Made by a program: the position numbers and the translations under genes
The notes under the pieces: model-generated
Told to the model about the DNA's origin: nothing
Seen by the model: only the letters and a program-made list of their open reading frames with translations
Database searches by the model: none
Part shown: piece by piece, positions 37,701 to 46,736 of the stretch
How the letters are laid out: every line of letters begins with the position of its first letter
Numbering within the stretch: position 1 is the stretch's first letter
Source of the DNA: Candidatus Poribacteria bacterium
Lineage (GTDB): Bacteria; Poribacteria; WGA-4E; WGA-3G
Assembly (NCBI GenBank): GCA_026702755.1
Contig: JAPPBX010000117.1
Span: 28,578-92,577 of the forward strand
DNA: 64,000 bases
Direction of reading: 5' to 3'

Positions 37701-38724
37701 ATTTGATGTCCGCAAGCAGTCAACGCTCCTTATTACGCCTTTGCGCGAGCTTCAACTCGGTCTCAATCTCAATACGAACATGGTTTGGCACGACCGGGAT
37801 CAGGAAAATAATAAGAACATTATAAGGGGGGTTTACAGTTTTAATGGAACTGCTACGAACACCCTGTTCCGTATCTATAATATCAGTTATATCCCCGGAA
37901 TGCGAAGGTTGCGACACGAAATACAATCCTCACTCCGGTTTAATTATCAGCCCGCTGTCGATCAAGATGAGAGCCTCTATCCTTTCGGTCCCAGTACCTA
38001 TTTCTATGAACGGAAGAGACTCACGTATAACTTCAATACGAACTTTGAAATCAAGACCCGACGGAGTCAGTCGGCACACCGTATCTTCTATTTTGATACA
38101 CGGCTTACCGCCGATTTCACTGAATTCGATCCTTTGTATGAGCGTCAATTTGAGCCTATTGAGAGTGATTTTACATTCGTTCCGCTTCCGAGTCGAAACC
38201 TAAACATGACCTTTCGAGTTACGCACGATCCGAATCCGCATCCGGTTGATGGCAAACAGTTCAAAGTCGTTGGAATCCGTACCAATATCCGTTATACTCG
38301 GCAGTCGTGGAACGTAAGTATCGGTAACTCGTTTAGTAAACGCCATACATCGAGACGCGCGTCGCGGTCTCTCACTGCCACCGGTCGGTACCGTTATAGC
38401 CAAAACCTTGAATTCGATCTGAGTCTCATCTATTATCCTATTGATCGGCAGTTTTACTCACAACGTCTCACAGTTACACGTAACCTCCACGATTGGAGTC
38501 TCCGAATTTCTTGGAGTCGAGTCGGTATTGACCGCGGCGATCCGCGTTACAACAACGTCCGCCAAGACTTTACATTCCAAGTGAGTCTGATTCAAGAACC
38601 CGCGATTTCCATGGGTGTCGGTTACGACGCGACGACTGAAACTTGGGGACTCCGAACCATACCAGCTGGCATGCCTTACAACGCATTTGGCTCCGGCAAT
38701 TCACTCGGCAGGTCTTACTTCTAA
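34732..38724 (+). CDS. lptD: LptD/OstA-like outer-membrane LPS-assembly protein with an inserted parvulin PPIase domain and a long acidic low-complexity segment
   Basis: OstA_N-like [38 protein letters not shown]...[12 protein letters not shown]...GGFPLFYFP. Insert with [12 protein letters not shown]...[21 protein letters not shown] (35.8-36.1 kb). Asp/Glu-rich region 36.5-36.9 kb. Beta-barrel-like C-terminal part ending ...NSLGRSYF. The start could instead be ATG 34846 ([13 protein letters not shown] signal). Confidence 0.7.
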   Translation: MRKNASDVPTCYQYQYAKAVQQYAVRIATSGIERIVLTMFVIACLLCPLQGVIAQDAQPSEPSTTETAPPESTDQTQQEESASERLNPETDVPEEGMVIGDGDDMAIVDNFVQIHGNALIKFEDVILRADHIWADFDENLMRASGNVHLKIGNEETYSDELIFNLENKKGIARNGFTFSDPWYFGGSEIFKIQEDRSYIRGATLTTCSLEHPHYYFSVSEVIVRMNQEMIAKNIVLRIGGFPLFYFPAIRRDLRKGKIAKIIVKVGTDSYQGPNLSIILPVARKRRYDGALLYDRSARRGQGYGFEGKYRFNDTQFQEIYIPIPPDVTPNQRTKLKEKADELHDRLDGEYDRYWLRQIFLEYKITDEDVKRAKDRAEELRTQLQEEDADFAQIAQSNSDHYDTRYDGGDMGFLVPGEVDEEDNPKLDPVLEEAVFALQEGEISAVIQTESAFHIFKAEQVLDVYGEREIKLSRIDVAITASDDTEYVIRELANDMLKRAQEGEPFEQLIQIPDEFTDVAQPVLSELNEGKGMLLNEMESSWQPSVRRLENPGDVTERRPISMPEGLYIFQLIRKEQTPTFEEVAEQFEAEWDAFYEELMNPPPEEAVEDGTPTDDIGDTEQSQPVNGEASETEEGDKAENTTENVQPQEPDTVTTAPELRQAPDPTDADDAADNSTDMEQSEPENVEEGETDSDQVEGEATDGDEEGETSEEDAEDEDELKVYRKHGFRGRWEDPSAVASDAQSMYAGEFSRRPIQTKKSFRLLKVDKKRTYRGDIYFYGADRYSYERQNATRIGRRWNMRWAHTQSFYTPWDDRQAGRRPINFTGRTELQARNFKEELKLPSESTLNSFGILTYGTGFSTVADEDVDENGNLRFSRETIGDLTSRLEVRHIHDFTGEGTTSLQKLPQLTVNLSRMRVDAFPLFKTLNDGMETLAERFGTEKPFLSLLAFPTLDSTSVDLDFEFGNFFREVYRAKAGEERDVFLQTVDLGFDVRKQSTLLITPLRELQLGLNLNTNMVWHDRDQENNKNIIRGVYSFNGTATNTLFRIYNISYIPGMRRLRHEIQSSLRFNYQPAVDQDESLYPFGPSTYFYERKRLTYNFNTNFEIKTRRSQSAHRIFYFDTRLTADFTEFDPLYERQFEPIESDFTFVPLPSRNLNMTFRVTHDPNPHPVDGKQFKVVGIRTNIRYTRQSWNVSIGNSFSKRHTSRRASRSLTATGRYRYSQNLEFDLSLIYYPIDRQFYSQRLTVTRNLHDWSLRISWSRVGIDRGDPRYNNVRQDFTFQVSLIQEPAISMGVGYDATTETWGLRTIPAGMPYNAFGSGNSLGRSYF

Positions 38725-38734
38725 TATCTACCCT

Positions 38735-40300
38735 ATGAGCACCAACCTCGCAGAAATCGAAAGTAGACTGTGGAGCGCTGCAGATGAACTCAGAGCCAAC
38801 TCCCGCCTCAGAGCCTCAGAGTACTCAACGCCTGTGCTTGGGCTTATCTTCTTACGGTATGCAGATCATAAATTTACACAGGCTGAACAAGAAATCGGTC
38901 GTGAAGCCGCTACAAACACGCGCAGACGTACCGATCCAAAAACGCAATATCAGGCTCGCGGTGTATTTTATCTGCCAGAGAAAGCGCGGTTTCAGTACCT
39001 CCTGAGTTTACCGGAGGGTGAAAACATCGGACAAGTTGTTACGGATGCGATGAAGGCAATAGAAGAAGAAAACCCTCAAGTTGATGGTATCCTACCCAAG
39101 ACTTACAATCGGCTTGAAAAGAACACGCTTCTTGAACTCCTCCGTATCATGGAACAGATCCCTATGGACATTGAGGGCGATGCTTTCGGAAGGGTTTACG
39201 AGTACTTTCTCGGCAATTTCGCCATGAGCGAAGGACAACGCGGCGGAGAGTTTTTCACCCCCACCTCCCTTGTTAAACTTATCGTTGAGATTATCCAACC
39301 TTTTCACGGTCGTATTTTTGATCCCGCTTGTGGCTCTGGCGGCATGTTCGTCCAGAGTGCGGCGTTCATTAGCAACCACAAGAAAAATGGAAACCCCGGA
39401 GACATCAGCATCTACGGCGTTGAACGCGTCGCCGAAACTATCAGGTTGTGCAAAATGAACCTCGCAGTCCATGGACTTGAAGGCGATGTCAAGCAAGCCA
39501 ATAGTTACTATGAGGATTCGCATAACTGTCTCGATAGATTTGACTTCGTCATGGCAAATCCACCCTTCAATGTTGATCGCGTAGACATGGAACGCATTAA
39601 AGACGATCCTCGATTTCCGTTCGGTATGCCACGCGTTGACAATGCCAACTATCTCTGGATTCAACTTTTCTATAGTGCGCTCTCCGAATCCGGGCGCGCA
39701 GGCTTTGTGATGGCGAATTCCGCCGCCGATGCCCGTGCCTCCGAACTCGAAATCCGCACACAGATTATCAAATCGGGGTCAGTAGATGTTATCGTCAGTA
39801 TCGCTTCAAATTTCTTCTACACTGTTACTTTACCCTGTACCCTCTGGTTTTTCGACAAGTCAAAACCGGATAGTGACAGACGTGATAAGGTATTGTTTAT
39901 TGATGCACGCCACCTCTATCGGCAGGTGAGCCGCGCACATCGGGAATTCACACCTTTGCAGCTTGAATTCCTTGCCAATATTGTGAGACTCTATCGTGGA
40001 GAAATTCCTGAAAATCAACACGACAGCGCGGATTTCCTTACCACGAAATTTCCCGATGCAGCGTATATTGATGTTCCCGGACTTTGCAAGGTGGCTACCG
40101 TCGCTGAAATTGAAGCGCAAGGATGGAGTCTCAACCCCGGACGGTATGTCGGTGTTGCTGAACAGACGGCTGACGATTTTGATTTCGCTGAAAGATTTGG
40201 GGAACTCAACGAAGAATTGGAGGTACTAAATGCTGAGGCACGTCAATTGGAGGAACGGATTGCTGAAAATGTTGTAAAGATTTTGGAGGATACGGTATAA
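38735..40300 (+). CDS. hsdM: Type I restriction-modification system, DNA methyltransferase subunit M
   Basis: I prefer ATG 38735 ([25 protein letters not shown].., the HsdM_N pattern). [11 protein letters not shown] (motif I) and NPPFN (motif IV). It starts only 10 nt after the lptD stop. Confidence 0.92.
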   Translation: MSTNLAEIESRLWSAADELRANSRLRASEYSTPVLGLIFLRYADHKFTQAEQEIGREAATNTRRRTDPKTQYQARGVFYLPEKARFQYLLSLPEGENIGQVVTDAMKAIEEENPQVDGILPKTYNRLEKNTLLELLRIMEQIPMDIEGDAFGRVYEYFLGNFAMSEGQRGGEFFTPTSLVKLIVEIIQPFHGRIFDPACGSGGMFVQSAAFISNHKKNGNPGDISIYGVERVAETIRLCKMNLAVHGLEGDVKQANSYYEDSHNCLDRFDFVMANPPFNVDRVDMERIKDDPRFPFGMPRVDNANYLWIQLFYSALSESGRAGFVMANSAADARASELEIRTQIIKSGSVDVIVSIASNFFYTVTLPCTLWFFDKSKPDSDRRDKVLFIDARHLYRQVSRAHREFTPLQLEFLANIVRLYRGEIPENQHDSADFLTTKFPDAAYIDVPGLCKVATVAEIEAQGWSLNPGRYVGVAEQTADDFDFAERFGELNEELEVLNAEARQLEERIAENVVKILEDTV

Positions 40301-40319
40301 TATCAGATGGAGGCAAAAA

Positions 40320-40649
40320 ATGAGTGAAGAAGTAAAAGTTGAGGAAAGTTCTGGGAATGTGTTTCTGGATATAGGTTTCTCTGAAGAGGAGGCTGAATAT
40401 GAACAGCTAAGGTCGTACCTTGCCTTTCATGTTTATAGTCTTTTTGAGGAACTAAAATTGACTCATGCAAAAGCGAAGGCACGTTTTGGAATTGATGCAG
40501 ATGATGTATCTCGAATACAAAAGGGAGATTTCCATCTTTTTACCGTGCCACAGCTGCTTTTACTCTTGAAGCGGTTGAGCCGCAATATTGAAATTCGCAT
40601 TACACCTTCGGATGAAAAAGTTGGGCACCTGCAAGTTGTTTCAACTTAA
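40320..40649 (+). CDS. XRE-family HTH protein (HTH_37/antitoxin-like)
   Basis: SSGNVFLDIGFSEEEAEYEQLRSYLA......LTHAKAKARFGIDADDVSRIQKGDFHLFTVPQLLLLLKRL..NIEIRI matches the pattern of PF13744-type antitoxins/regulators. No toxin-like ORF is adjacent. Confidence 0.65.
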   Translation: MSEEVKVEESSGNVFLDIGFSEEEAEYEQLRSYLAFHVYSLFEELKLTHAKAKARFGIDADDVSRIQKGDFHLFTVPQLLLLLKRLSRNIEIRITPSDEKVGHLQVVST

Positions 40650-40663
40650 GGAAGCGTTTTTTA

Positions 40664-41437
40664 ATGCTACTCAAGGATCGCGTTTGCATTGTAACCGGTG
40701 GAAGTTCAGGCATCGGACGAGGTATTGCACTCGAATTTGCCCGTGAGGGTGCGCGTGTTGCCGTTGTTGATAGGCAAGAGACACCCCTTCGCGGCAAGTA
40801 TCACGAAACCGATGTCACAACACCAACCGTTGCAGAGATCGAAAAACTCGGCGCGCAGGGTATCTTCCTCCAAACCGATGTCGCTGACGAAGCGCAGGTC
40901 GCTGACGCTATCCAGCAAACTGTCGAACACTTTGGTGGACTTGATATTCTCGTCAATAACGCCGGTATCCACATCCCGGGTGGCGCGCAGGAGATTTCAA
41001 TCGCTGACTGGGACAAGGTTGTGGGTGTCAACCTCCGCGGTGTTTTCGTCGCGACGAAACTCGCTATTCCTCACCTAAAGCAATCGAAATTTGGAAGGAT
41101 TATCCAGATCGCCTCTGTCCATGCCTACGGAGGCGGCGCGGGACCTGCGTATGCCCCCGCTAAGGCTGCGCTCGTCAATATGGTTCGAGATACGGCGTTA
41201 GAAATCGGGCAATTCGGTATAACCGTCAATGCTATCTGTCCCGGTTATATTGAGACAGCAATTCAGGATTACCTCACCCCGGAACAGATCCAAGAGGCGT
41301 TGGAAAAGACAGCCTTGCCGCGCTTCGGTCTACCGAGAGACATCGGACGTGCCTGTGTCTTTCTCGCCTCCGACGATGCGGAATGGGTCACCGGTGCTTC
41401 TCTGCTCGTTGATGGTGGATTCGCTGCAGGCGTGTAG
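40664..41437 (+). CDS. SDR family oxidoreductase
   Basis: TGGSSGIGRGIA, NNAG, and YAPAK (Y-x3-K). Confidence 0.85.
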   Translation: MLLKDRVCIVTGGSSGIGRGIALEFAREGARVAVVDRQETPLRGKYHETDVTTPTVAEIEKLGAQGIFLQTDVADEAQVADAIQQTVEHFGGLDILVNNAGIHIPGGAQEISIADWDKVVGVNLRGVFVATKLAIPHLKQSKFGRIIQIASVHAYGGGAGPAYAPAKAALVNMVRDTALEIGQFGITVNAICPGYIETAIQDYLTPEQIQEALEKTALPRFGLPRDIGRACVFLASDDAEWVTGASLLVDGGFAAGV

Positions 41438-41454
41438 AAAAACTGTATTTCTTC

Positions 41455-41538
41455 TGTAGGAGCGAGTTTTACTCGCGACTGTTGTAGGAGCGAGTTTTAC
41501 TCGCGACTGTTGTAGGAGCGAGTTTTACTCGCGACTGT
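41455..41538. repeat. Perfect 28-bp tandem repeat x3 (family A hairpin unit)
   Basis: tgtaggagcgagttttactcgcgactgt at 41455, 41483 and 41511. Each unit carries a GCGAGT-TTT-ACTCGC hairpin. It begins 18 nt after the SDR stop. Confidence 0.9.
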
Positions 41539-41549
41539 TATAGTAGCCC

Positions 41550-41655
41550 GTAGGTTGGGTTGAACGGAATTTTACTGAAAACCACATAGACAAGATAACC
41601 TCAAATTCGTCAAGAAATCTGAGATCACCAAGAGACGGGTGAAACCCAACGCATT
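41550..41655. mobile_element. Truncated family B MITE (left half)
   Basis: GTAGGTTGGGTTGAACGG at 41550-41567 and the internal GTGAAACCCAAC block at about 41638-41649. No right TIR. Confidence 0.5.
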
Positions 41656-41707
41656 TTCTGATCGCTGATGGAAACCGCCCGCCGACAGCCCATTAAAGGA
41701 AAACATA

Positions 41708-42505
41708 ATGCAAACAAACCCATGGGGAACAATCCGTTTTACAGATAAAGTCGCATTGATAACCGGTGGTGCCTCCGGTATCGGCAGAGCAACGGCGAAC
41801 CGCCTTGCAGCTGAAGGCGCACAGGTTATCATCGCTGATAACAACGCCGAGATGGCGCGTAAGGCAGTCGCCGAAATCCAAGAATCAGGTGGGAAGGCAC
41901 TTTTTATAGAAGTTGATCTTGCTGATGATGACAGCGTTATCGCCGCTGCGCGGACTGTTGCCGAAAAGTTTTCTGCCCTTCATGCTCTTGTCAACAACGC
42001 CGCTATCTTGAGAAGCGGCAAAATTGAAGACGGCGCGTGGCTACCCAATTGGGAACCCGAAACCGCGATTGGTCTCCGAGGCTGGGTGCTGATAACACAA
42101 CATCTGTTACCACTACTGAAAAAAGAGGATGCCGCGATTGTTAACCTCTCATCGGAAGGCGGATTCCTCGGTAGACCTGGACAGTGGGTCTACGATGCAA
42201 TCAAAGCGGGACTCGTCTCTCTCACGAAAACAATGGCTACCGAATTCGTCGAATACGGTATCCGAGTCAACGCTATTGCGCCCGGGTGGATTGTTACGGA
42301 GATGCATTTCGGTAAAGCACCTGACCCTGCTGCTCGTAAAAAGGAATTAGAGGAAACCGCGATCAATTCGTGTATCATGAAACGGCTTGCTAAACCAGAG
42401 GAGGTTGCTGCCGCGATCGCTTTTCTCCTCAGCGAAGATGCTTCTTACATCACAGGACAGACGCTACACGTTGATGGTGGTCGTTGGGGAATGTCCGTCG
42501 GTTGA
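41708..42505 (+). CDS. SDR family oxidoreductase
   Basis: TGGASGIGRATA and NNAA. The expected Y-x3-K position reads YDAIK. Confidence 0.85.
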   Translation: MQTNPWGTIRFTDKVALITGGASGIGRATANRLAAEGAQVIIADNNAEMARKAVAEIQESGGKALFIEVDLADDDSVIAAARTVAEKFSALHALVNNAAILRSGKIEDGAWLPNWEPETAIGLRGWVLITQHLLPLLKKEDAAIVNLSSEGGFLGRPGQWVYDAIKAGLVSLTKTMATEFVEYGIRVNAIAPGWIVTEMHFGKAPDPAARKKELEETAINSCIMKRLAKPEEVAAAIAFLLSEDASYITGQTLHVDGGRWGMSVG

Positions 42506-42532
42506 TGATTACTGACAGCTATTATTTCACTT

Positions 42533-43066
42533 ATGCCAACTAAAACCCACACCACAGCCGTCGTTCTCATCCCACCAGAAACGGTGCAGCCGCTTATCCA
42601 AGCCATCCGCCAGATTCACGACCGGAACTTCAGGCGATGGATGCCACACATAACATTGCTTTATCCGTTCACAGAACGTCGCGATTTCGCCTCTGTTATC
42701 CCCGCGCTCATAAAAACCGCGGAACAAGTGTCACCTGTTTCCGTTGAGTTTACGCGCTTTGACGCTTTCAAACACCGCAAATCGTGTACGATGTTCCTTG
42801 TTCCAGAACCCGAAGACGAGATCGTGCGATTACACAGTGTCCTGTTGGAACATCTACCAGACTATGACGACACGGCGCGGTTTGCCTGTGGATTCCATCC
42901 ACATCTCTCGGTCGGGCAATTCCAGCACCGTTCCCTGCCATCCGAACAACAGCGACTCCAAACCGAATGGCAACCGGTCCGGTGTGAAATAGAAGCAATT
43001 AGTCTCATTTATCGCTCCCCTGAAACAGATGATAAATTCGTCGTCGCAGAGCAGTTCGATTTCTGA
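42533..43066 (+). CDS. 2H phosphoesterase superfamily protein (LigT/2'-5' RNA ligase-like)
   Basis: Two HxT/S motifs: PHITLLYPF and HPHLSVGQF, with the spacing typical of 2H enzymes. Confidence 0.7.
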   Translation: MPTKTHTTAVVLIPPETVQPLIQAIRQIHDRNFRRWMPHITLLYPFTERRDFASVIPALIKTAEQVSPVSVEFTRFDAFKHRKSCTMFLVPEPEDEIVRLHSVLLEHLPDYDDTARFACGFHPHLSVGQFQHRSLPSEQQRLQTEWQPVRCEIEAISLIYRSPETDDKFVVAEQFDF

Positions 43067-43073
43067 CATCAAT

Positions 43074-43102
43074 TTGCAAATCGAAGTGCAGCGCATTATA
43101 AT
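43074..43102 (+). promoter_or_regulatory. Sigma70-like promoter
   Basis: TTGCAA (43074-43079), 17-nt spacer, TATAAT (43097-43102), about 100 nt upstream of the GTG at 43203. Confidence 0.6.
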
Positions 43103-43202
43103 ATTGTAGGTCAAATTAACTTGAGGTCGTATCGTTTTTCTTTGGTTTAGCGGAGCGGTCCGACAATAGCATATCAATCTTAATTCAGAAAAGGAATTAG
43201 TA

Positions 43203-44387
43203 GTGAACACAAAAACTTTTATCTCGATTTTCCTAACCTTAATCGCAATCTTAATCATATCCGTTTCTGGATGCGAACGAATACAGCAGGTTATCCTATC
43301 CGAACCCGTTCCCTCAGACACGGTGTCCACCGTCAAAGTTGGCGTAATTCAACCCTCGAGACTGGCTCCCAATTTCACCAAGGGCGCAGAACTTGCACGT
43401 TCTCAGATTAACGAGGCTGGTGGACTGCTGGGAATGCAGGTCGAATTTATCGTCATGGATAATCAACGCGAGCGGGACTTCCCGGATGCCGCGGAAAGTG
43501 TCCGCATCGCCCAATTACTGATTGAACAAGAGGGGGTTGTCGCAATCCTCGGGCCCCTCCTCTCAACGAATTCCATGCAGGTCGGACCGGTTGTTTCTCT
43601 GCTTCGGCGACCCATAATTACCGGTTCCTCCGGTGAGAAAGTAACCTCAACAGGCGAATTCGTGTTTATTACGGTGACTCCGTCCTCGGTTCAGGGCATG
43701 AAAACAGCGCAATTCGCATTGGATCCGACAGAACGCAACGCGAAAACCGCCGCAACCATCCGTCAGGCAGGCGATGTATACTCCGGTGCAGTTGCGGATG
43801 CCTTTGAGGAGAATTTCCAAAAGCTCGGTGGGGAACTCGTCGCGCGTGAGGTCTATCAACACGGCGATAGAGACTTCACCGCGCAGTTGACAAAGATTAA
43901 AGCCGGGGCACCGGATGTGCTTCTCGTTGCCGGTTTTAGCCCAGAAATTCCGCTGTTTGCATTGCAAGCGAGGAATATGGGGGTTGACGCAACTTTTATC
44001 GGGACCAACGGTTGGGATGAACCCGACAAACTCCTCGGCACTTTAGATGACAACACACCGTTAGAAGGTTCTTACTTTACGAGAGGTTTCAATATCGAAT
44101 CTGTCAGTGCAGCTGCTTTCGTTAAAGCCTACACCGCAATGTATATGGAGCCACCGGACGGTCCCTCGGCGTGGGGCTACGATGCGATGTCGTTACTGGC
44201 ACTCGCCATCGAAAACGCTGAGACATTGGAACCTGATGCCATTCGGGATGCCTTGGCGAACACGACTGACTATCAAGGTGCAACGGCTATCTCCCATTTT
44301 GATGAGAATCGGCATCCTGTCAAGTACCTTGAACTCTACACAATTCGCAATGGGAAGATTGAACTCTACAAGGTTATTACGCCGTAA
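43203..44387 (+). CDS. ABC transporter substrate-binding lipoprotein (type 1 PBP, LivJ/branched-chain amino acid-like)
   Basis: Lipobox ILIISVSGC. VKVGVIQP.S, GPLLSTNS, and FIGTNGWD, the Peripla_BP_6-like pattern. Confidence 0.75.
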   Translation: MNTKTFISIFLTLIAILIISVSGCERIQQVILSEPVPSDTVSTVKVGVIQPSRLAPNFTKGAELARSQINEAGGLLGMQVEFIVMDNQRERDFPDAAESVRIAQLLIEQEGVVAILGPLLSTNSMQVGPVVSLLRRPIITGSSGEKVTSTGEFVFITVTPSSVQGMKTAQFALDPTERNAKTAATIRQAGDVYSGAVADAFEENFQKLGGELVAREVYQHGDRDFTAQLTKIKAGAPDVLLVAGFSPEIPLFALQARNMGVDATFIGTNGWDEPDKLLGTLDDNTPLEGSYFTRGFNIESVSAAAFVKAYTAMYMEPPDGPSAWGYDAMSLLALAIENAETLEPDAIRDALANTTDYQGATAISHFDENRHPVKYLELYTIRNGKIELYKVITP

Positions 44388-44464
44388 CAACAAACCTTGT
44401 CCAAAACCGGTAGGTGCGGTTTCCTAATCGCCCCATGGGTGTCAATTTAGGGTTCCGTGCTCCC

Positions 44465-44708
44465 GTAGGTTGGGTTGAACGGCATTGAAAATCAAAGGTG
44501 GGTATTTCAAAATACATCAAACTTAATATACCCGCATAGACATAGAGAAACCGAGTGAAACCCAACACTCTTTGCGTCAAACGCTACAAATATAGCGGTA
44601 GGTTCGCGTTGGGTTTCGCTGTTTCCTTGATTGATAGCATGGTATAGGGTGGTAAAAGTGCTTGGGATATCCGTATCACTTTTTTCGGTTCCGCTCAACC
44701 CAACCTAC
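44465..44708. mobile_element. MITE-like element, family B (second full copy)
   Basis: GTAGGTTGGGTTGAACGG (44465-44482) and CCGCTCAACCCAACCTAC (44691-44708). Internal GTGAAACCCAAC (44555-44566) / GTTGGGTTTCGC (44608-44619). The left flank (44408-44464) matches the left flank of copy 1. Confidence 0.6.
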
Positions 44709-44762
44709 GATGCTGCCGGTTTAAACTCCACAAATGGATTATCCCATAAAAACCCTGTTTAA

Positions 44763-44887
44763 CCTCGTAGAGGCGACATGTTTATAGAGGGTGTGTGTCC
44801 CCTCGGTCTACAACCCCGTAGGGGTGGCATATTTATAGAAACGCGTGCCTTTTGTTTTCAGCCCCGTAGGGGCGACATCTGTATAGC
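44763..44887. repeat. Three direct copies of a 26-bp palindrome-containing motif, spaced 51 and 48 bp
   Basis: cctcgtagaggcgacatgtttataga (44763), ccccgtaggggtggcatatttataga (44814), ccccgtaggggcgacatctgtatagc (44862). The last copy ends 27 nt before the hsdS ATG. Confidence 0.75.
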
Positions 44888-44914
44888 ATCTATCCAGATT
44901 TTCTCAATAGTCTT

Positions 44915-46306
44915 ATGAGCAAGCAGAGCGAAGAAATTATGAAAAAAGAAGATAAAAAACGAGATCCAATGCCGCCTCCCGATGCAACACCAGACGAGAT
45001 CGGCGAATTTTGGGATACACATAGCCTTGCCGATTATTGGGATGAAACCCAAGAAGTAGAAGTTCAGGTTAACCTAAAGCCACATAAAAGAGAAAACAGG
45101 ATGAGAGACACAATTCGTTTTGGCGATTTTGTTGAAGTTAATCCGCGCATCCGGTTAGAGAAGGGAAAAGAGTATCCGTACATTGAAATGGCTGATGTTA
45201 ATCCAGGCAATGGATTTGTTTTCCCACAGAAAAAACGGGTTTACAAAGGTGGGGGTTCGCGGTTTCAATCTGGTGATACGCTTTTTGCGCGTATTACACC
45301 TTGTTTAGAAAATGGGAAGATCGTCCGATGCATGCATACAAGTAATGGACCTTGTTTTGGATCGACTGAATTCTTTATCTTTCGTGGTAAGCCCAATGTA
45401 TCAGACTCAACTTATATATTTTACTTGGCTCTGAGCCCTATGATTCGAGAACCTGCTGTGAAAAGTATGACGGGGGCATCAGGACGGCAGCGCGCTATAT
45501 TGTCATCCGTTGAAGACATCCATGTTCCAGCCTATTCTCTCGCAACCCAACGCAAAATCGCCGCTGTCCTCTCTGCCTACGATGATCTCATCGAAAACAA
45601 CACCCGCCGCATCAAAATCCTTGAAGACATGGTACAAACCCTCTACCAAGAATGGTTCGTCCATTTCCGATTTCCCGGACATGAGAACGTTCCTATGGTA
45701 GAATCACCGTTGGGCCCAATACCGGAAGGGTGGGCGATTAAGAGTTTTGGCGAGGTTTCCCTTAACTTTGATCGCCAGCGTAAGCCACTATCAGGACGGG
45801 TTAGGTCAACAATGCAAGGCGAATATCCATATTATGGTGCTGCTAAAGTCTTAGACCATATTAATGATTATCTATTTGATGGAAGGTATTTGTTGATTGG
45901 AGAGGATGGTAGCGTTGTTACTGAAGAAGGAAAACCTGTACTGCAATTAGTAACAGGTAAGTTTTGGGTGAATAATCATACGCATGTTATCCAAGGAAAG
46001 GCACCAATTTCGACAAATTTTCTTTATGTGTTTATGTCTAATGTAGTTATTTCAGGTTATGTTACAGGTACTGCACAGCCAAAGATTAACCAGCAAAACT
46101 TGAATAGAATTCCGGTCATTATGCCTCCACAGAGTCTATTAGAAAAATTTAACCAAATGGTTGAACCTTGTTTTGACAATATCGTTGCCTTAAACCTTAA
46201 AAGCACAAACCTCAGTGAAACCCGTGACCTCCTCCTCCCCAAGCTCATCTCCGGTGAGATTGATATATCCGAACTTGACATTGACACGGCTCCTAAAAGC
46301 AATTGA
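44915..46306 (+). CDS. hsdS: Type I R-M specificity subunit S with a ~60-aa N-terminal extension
   Basis: Two TRD-like halves (FGDFVEVNPRI...GDTLFARITPCLENGK; GWAIKSFGEVS...YPYYGAAKV...NNHTHVI) and conserved helices (IAAVLSAYDDLIENN; TRDLLLPKLISGEIDI). N-terminal residues 20-50 PDEIGEFWDTHSLADYWDE resemble BrnA/CopG-antitoxin N-termini. Confidence 0.88.
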   Translation: MSKQSEEIMKKEDKKRDPMPPPDATPDEIGEFWDTHSLADYWDETQEVEVQVNLKPHKRENRMRDTIRFGDFVEVNPRIRLEKGKEYPYIEMADVNPGNGFVFPQKKRVYKGGGSRFQSGDTLFARITPCLENGKIVRCMHTSNGPCFGSTEFFIFRGKPNVSDSTYIFYLALSPMIREPAVKSMTGASGRQRAILSSVEDIHVPAYSLATQRKIAAVLSAYDDLIENNTRRIKILEDMVQTLYQEWFVHFRFPGHENVPMVESPLGPIPEGWAIKSFGEVSLNFDRQRKPLSGRVRSTMQGEYPYYGAAKVLDHINDYLFDGRYLLIGEDGSVVTEEGKPVLQLVTGKFWVNNHTHVIQGKAPISTNFLYVFMSNVVISGYVTGTAQPKINQQNLNRIPVIMPPQSLLEKFNQMVEPCFDNIVALNLKSTNLSETRDLLLPKLISGEIDISELDIDTAPKSN

Positions 46307-46331
46307 TATATACAACACGACGGTGTATAAT
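46304..46331 (+). promoter_or_regulatory. Sigma70-like promoter overlapping the hsdS stop codon
   Basis: TTGATA (46304-46309), 16-nt spacer, TATAAT (46326-46331). It is followed by AGGAGG and a 19-codon micro-ORF (46360-46419). Confidence 0.5.
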
Positions 46332-46465
46332 TTGCAATAACGGCATTAGGAGGAGACTTATGCGCGATGTCAACGCTCGGCATCTTGTTGATTGTGTTGG
46401 AAAATGCCCGTATAAGTAGGTAGAGGGGCTTAACCATTCGTAGTATTCAGGAAGGAGAAAATGAG

Positions 46466-46705
46466 ATGAGTGGAACCACTGAATTAGCAACTGATCAAGA
46501 AGGATTATCAAAAGATAAGCAGCTGCCCCCGCGTGATACTATAAATCAAACGGATGCTGAACGAAAGGCACTTATGGATTACGCCGAGGCACAACTTCGG
46601 AAGTTATCCGCGTCTCGAGGTTTAGATTGGGATAGAGTGAGCGATGAGGAGCGCATATATTTTGTTGATGACCTCATCCACGAGGACCGCGCGTGCAAAC
46701 GTTAG
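46466..46705 (+). CDS. Small hypothetical protein (79 aa)
   Basis: AGGAAGGAG RBS. MSGTTELATDQEGLSKDK...RGLDWDRVSDEERIYFVDDLIHEDRACKR. I recognise no family. Confidence 0.45.
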   Translation: MSGTTELATDQEGLSKDKQLPPRDTINQTDAERKALMDYAEAQLRKLSASRGLDWDRVSDEERIYFVDDLIHEDRACKR

Positions 46706-46736
46706 CCGTTTACGACACAAGATATCGGAGGAAATC

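Noticed and set aside
38615-38734. Track start of the hsdM ORF at 38615
   Set aside because: This segment overlaps the 3' end of lptD in another frame. The conserved HsdM N-terminus begins at ATG 38735.
41455-41538. Possible CRISPR array (28-bp repeats here; 26-bp repeats at 44763-44887)
   Set aside because: The 28-bp units are directly abutting with no spacers. The 26-bp motifs are only three degenerate copies with 22-25-bp gaps. No cas genes are in the window. The same hairpin core occurs as single dispersed copies.
40664-44387. Idea that the SDR-SDR-2H phosphoesterase-SBP block is itself a signalling-nucleotide defence module, because 2H enzymes can cleave cyclic oligonucleotides
   Set aside because: No cyclase, effector or sensor gene is present. 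SDRs and an amino-acid-type SBP point to ordinary metabolism. The SBP has its own sigma70-like promoter at 43074-43102, so at least part of the block is separately transcribed.
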